Assembly: GCA_041664285.1 (NCBI GenBank)
Contig: JBAYLA010000001.1
Span: forward strand, 227 to 64,226
Origin: Minisyncoccota bacterium
GTDB taxonomy: Bacteria; Patescibacteriota; Minisyncoccia; Phycocordibacterales; UBA9973
Length of the DNA: 64,000 nt
Reading direction: 5' to 3'
Position numbers and translations under genes: made by a program. Shown piece by piece: positions 60,883 through 64,000 of the stretch. Numbering within the stretch: position 1 is the first letter of the stretch; each line of letters starts with the position of its first letter. Below the pieces are notes generated by a model that made no database searches, had not been told where the DNA came from, and saw only the letters and a list, made by a program, of their open reading frames with translations.

Positions 60883-60902
60883 ATAAATAAAAATAATTTT
60901 AT

Positions 60903-61376
60903 TTATTTAGCAGGGCAAGTTTTAACAGCTGTTGCGTAATCACTCCAAGCAGTTTTAACTGCATTAGCTTGTGTTGCGGCAATATTCTTGATAGATGCCT
61001 TATATGTAACATTTGCAGCCCTAACCGCAGCAGCATAAGCAACATTGGCAGCTTTTACAGCCGCAGCTTTTACTGTTTTATCTGTATTTGCTTTTGCAAT
61101 AACTAGAGCAGCATTTCTTGTTTTTTTTGCGGTAGTGAGAGCATTATTTCTAGTCGTTTTTACATCAATCCTAGCTGACTTTGCTGTATCGGATGCTGTT
61201 TTCACAGTAGCCACCCGTGCAATTTTAGCAGTTGTAATACATGCTTTTCTGGCAGATACTATTGTTCCTATTTCTATATTAGTATTTGTGGTAGTATCCT
61301 CAGCAAAAACAACTGCCGAAGAGAGAAATAAGCTAAGAGCTAAAAATGGAACAACTAATTTTATTTTTTTTATCAT
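60903..61376 (-). CDS. Secreted Ala/Lys/Thr-rich helical protein
   Basis: Signal peptide (AVVFA|E), repeated RNxAL helices, two Cys. Confidence 0.7.
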   Translation of the reverse strand: MIKKIKLVVPFLALSLFLSSAVVFAEDTTTNTNIEIGTIVSARKACITTAKIARVATVKTASDTAKSARIDVKTTRNNALTTAKKTRNAALVIAKANTDKTVKAAAVKAANVAYAAAVRAANVTYKASIKNIAATQANAVKTAWSDYATAVKTCPAK

Positions 61377-61517
61377 AATTTTTTTTAAATTAATACTATT
61401 AACCCGACCTTATATATATATCTATTTATAATGACTTATTTTGCAAAATAAGTCAAAATACACTAAGATAAATAAATGCCCTTGTGGCTGTTTTGGTAGG
61501 TCGTTTACGTTTAGTTT

Positions 61518-61590
61518 GCCGTTGTAGCTCAGTTGGTAGAGCACGTCATTGGTAATGACGAGGTCATCGGTTCAATCCCGATCAACGGCT
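61518..61590 (+). tRNA. tRNA-Thr (GGT)
   Basis: GCCGTTG/CAACGGC, CGTCA-TTGGTAA-TGACG. Confidence 0.95.
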
Positions 61591-61619
61591 CTAGTTTGTT
61601 CTGTAGTTAAACTTGATTT

Positions 61620-61692
61620 GCCATCCTAGCTCAGTTGGTAGAGCACGTCTTTCGTAAAGACGGGGTCCCGAGTTCGATCCTCGGGGATGGCT
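61620..61692 (+). tRNA. tRNA-Thr (CGT)
   Basis: GCCATCC/GGATGGC, CGTCT-TTCGTAA-AGACG. Confidence 0.95.
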
Positions 61693-61693
61693 C

Positions 61694-62581
61694 ATGGATA
61701 AAGAAACAAAGAGTATTAATGAGCAAATAAAAAATTTAGAAGAGCAAATGATTGCTCCAGATTTTTGGAGTGATAAAAATAAAGCTCAAGTGATCTTAAA
61801 AGAATTAGCGAATCTGAAAGAAAAAAAAGAAGGCATAGGCAAATATGACAAAGGGAGTGCTGTCATTACAATAATTTCTGGAGCAGGGGGGGATGATGCC
61901 GAAGATTTTTCAGCGATGCTTTTGTCTATGTATCTAAAATATGTAAACAAAAAAGGTTGGAAAGTTTTTTTTATTCATGAAAATAAAAATGAACATAATG
62001 GATATAGGAATGTTTCTTTTGAAGTACAAGGTAGAAATGCTTATGGAATATTAAAAAATGAGTCTGGGGTTCATCGCCTCGTGCGAATTTCACCCTTTGA
62101 TGCAAAAAAATTACGACATACCTCTTTTTCCATGGTGGAAGTTTTACCTAAATTTTCTAAACTTGAAGAAAAAGATTTTGTTATACCGGCAGTTGATTTA
62201 AAGATAGAATATTCTCGCTCTGGTGGTCCTGGGGGGCAGAATGTAAACAAAAGGGAGACAGCAGTTCGTTTGGTGCATATTCCTACTGGGATAGCTGTGC
62301 ACGCTTCAAATGAACGTTCTCAAGAACAAAATCGAGAACGAGCCATGGCTATTCTTTTAGCTAAAATTTTTAAAAAAGCAGAAGCCGACAAGGAAAGTAT
62401 GGAAGAAAGTTTGAAATTAACTAGAAATACTGAAATAGAATGGGGGAATCAGATTCGTTCTTATGTTCTACACCCTTATAAAATGGTCAAAGATCACCGG
62501 ACGGACGCAGAAACATCTAATATCGATGCAGTTTTAAATGGCGGGCTAGATATTTTTATTGAAGCTGAGAAGAATTTATGA
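61694..62581 (+). CDS. prfB: Peptide chain release factor 2 (shortened, no frameshift)
   Basis: [17 protein letters not shown] (SPF), [20 protein letters not shown]. Confidence 0.93.
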   Translation: MDKETKSINEQIKNLEEQMIAPDFWSDKNKAQVILKELANLKEKKEGIGKYDKGSAVITIISGAGGDDAEDFSAMLLSMYLKYVNKKGWKVFFIHENKNEHNGYRNVSFEVQGRNAYGILKNESGVHRLVRISPFDAKKLRHTSFSMVEVLPKFSKLEEKDFVIPAVDLKIEYSRSGGPGGQNVNKRETAVRLVHIPTGIAVHASNERSQEQNRERAMAILLAKIFKKAEADKESMEESLKLTRNTEIEWGNQIRSYVLHPYKMVKDHRTDAETSNIDAVLNGGLDIFIEAEKNL

Positions 62582-62593
62582 TAGAATGGGAGA

Positions 62594-63262
62594 GTGATTT
62601 ATTTCAATAATGTTTCAAAAATCTATAAGGACGCAACGGCCCTAGATGATGTTACTTTTGCGATAGAGACTGGAGAATTTGTCTCTGTGGTTGGGCATTC
62701 TGGTGCTGGTAAAACTACTTTAACAAAAATGATTTTAGCAGAAGAAATGCCATCCCTCGGTACAGTTTTTTTTGAGTCTATTAATGTAAATGAAATAAAA
62801 AATAAAGATTTAACCAAATTGCGTCGTCGTATTGGTATAGTTTTTCAAGATTATAGATTACTTTCTAATAAAACTGCCTATGAAAATATCGCTTTTGCCA
62901 TGGAAGCTGTTGGTAAAACAGAGGAAGAGATAGCAAGCGACGTTCCGCATGTTTTGGAGCTCGTTGACTTGAGTCATAGAATTTGTCATTTCCCAAATCA
63001 AATGTCTGGGGGCGAGCAACAACGTTTGGCCATAGCGCGGGCCATTATTAATCAGCCAGAACTTATCATTGCGGATGAACCAACGGGGAATCTGGACCCA
63101 GTAAACACCAGTGAAATAGTTCAGATTTTAAAGAAAATAAATGATCTTGGTACAACTGTGATTTTAACTACACATAATCGTGGAGTGGTTGAATCTATTG
63201 GGAAAAGGGTAATTACGATGGAAAATGGGAAAATTATAAGGGATTCCAAACATAAGAAATAG
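62594..63262 (+). CDS. ftsE: Cell division ATP-binding protein FtsE
   Basis: GHSGAGKT, LRRRIGIVFQDYRLL, SGGEQQR, ADEPTGNLD. Confidence 0.95.
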   Translation: MIYFNNVSKIYKDATALDDVTFAIETGEFVSVVGHSGAGKTTLTKMILAEEMPSLGTVFFESINVNEIKNKDLTKLRRRIGIVFQDYRLLSNKTAYENIAFAMEAVGKTEEEIASDVPHVLELVDLSHRICHFPNQMSGGEQQRLAIARAIINQPELIIADEPTGNLDPVNTSEIVQILKKINDLGTTVILTTHNRGVVESIGKRVITMENGKIIRDSKHKK

Positions 63263-63289
63263 TATGTTATAATTCTCTGATAATTATTT

Positions 63290-64000
63290 ATGGCATTCAT
63301 TTCATTCAAAAGAATTATAAAAGGTGGATTTTTAAACTTTAAAAGAAGTGGACTTGTTTCTTGGGCAGCTGTTCTGGTGGTGACAGTTACTCTCTGTGTT
63401 ATTACTATCATTATTCTTTTGCAAGCAGTTTTACATTTTTCTCTCAATCAAATTAAGGACAAGGTGGATGTTGCTATTTATTTCACTACCAGTGCGTCAG
63501 AGGACAAAATTTTATCTTTAAAATCTTCCTTGGAAAAATTACCAGAAGTGGCCACTGTGTCTTATACGAATGCAGATGAAGCTTTAAAAATTTTCCGTGA
63601 TCGCCATTCTAATGATTATCCGACGATTCAAGCCTTGGATGAAATAGGGACAAACCCTCTCGGGGCATACCTAAATGTGAAAGCTAAAGAAGTTTCTCAA
63701 TATGAAAGTATTGCGAATTTCTTGAAATCAGATGATGCCTTAGTTATCGGATCTGTTTCTATCATAGACAAAGTAAATTATTATCAAAACAAATCTGTTA
63801 TTGATAAGTTAAATTCAATTATCTCCGGAGCGCAAAAACTAGGTTTTCTAGTAACGCTACTTTTTGTAATTCTTTCTATTATTATTACTTTTAATACTAT
63901 TCGATTAACAATTTTTATTTCTAAAGAAGAAATCGGTGTCATGCGTCTTGTAGGTGCTTCGAAAATGCACGTCCGGGGACCTTTTATGATTGAAGGTGTA
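63290..64000 (+). CDS. ftsX: Cell division permease FtsX (runs off window end)
   Basis: ATG 63290 MAFISFKRIIKGGFLNFKRS..., later FNTIRLTI..SKEEIGVMRLVGAS...GPFMIEG; follows ftsE. Confidence 0.92.
   Translation, partial: MAFISFKRIIKGGFLNFKRSGLVSWAAVLVVTVTLCVITIIILLQAVLHFSLNQIKDKVDVAIYFTTSASEDKILSLKSSLEKLPEVATVSYTNADEALKIFRDRHSNDYPTIQALDEIGTNPLGAYLNVKAKEVSQYESIANFLKSDDALVIGSVSIIDKVNYYQNKSVIDKLNSIISGAQKLGFLVTLLFVILSIIITFNTIRLTIFISKEEIGVMRLVGASKMHVRGPFMIEGV

Noticed and set aside
61045-61431. Plus-strand 128-aa Ala-rich ORF and similar short antisense ORFs throughout the track
   Set aside because: Shadows of the well-supported genes on the opposite strand; no motifs of their own

Overview
Low-GC bacterial chromosome segment using the standard code 11 (TGA serves as stop and RF2 is present). 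Gene content and style point to Patescibacteria/CPR, Parcubacteria-like (inference): compact genes, -10 boxes abutting start codons, a type IV pilus locus with no pilQ in it, class II RNR and archaeal-type PGI/PMI. Core genes include ftsH, recG, gnd, the pil locus with comF, ligA, rodA, folD, secDF, lemA/htpX, gatCA, prfB and ftsEX, plus the 3' end of tmRNA and 8 intact tRNAs. Best candidate for an undescribed system is 8991-15364: a co-oriented operon (Rv1355c-type ThiF adenylase, Leu/Phe/Val dehydrogenase, PaaK-like ligase, nitroreductase-fold oxidase) followed by a 7TM sensor histidine kinase. It looks like a small-molecule (oxazolone-like) signal synthesis-and-sensing circuit. Other notable items: rare tRNA-Ile(UAU) and tRNA-Ser(ACU), a family of palindromic promoter-carrying repeats, hairpin elements including one inserted in-frame in recG, a B12 uptake/adenosylation/NrdJ module, a lipid-remodelling operon, and a divergent SHMT-like/AroA-like pair. 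All calls come from motif recognition by eye; no database searches were run.
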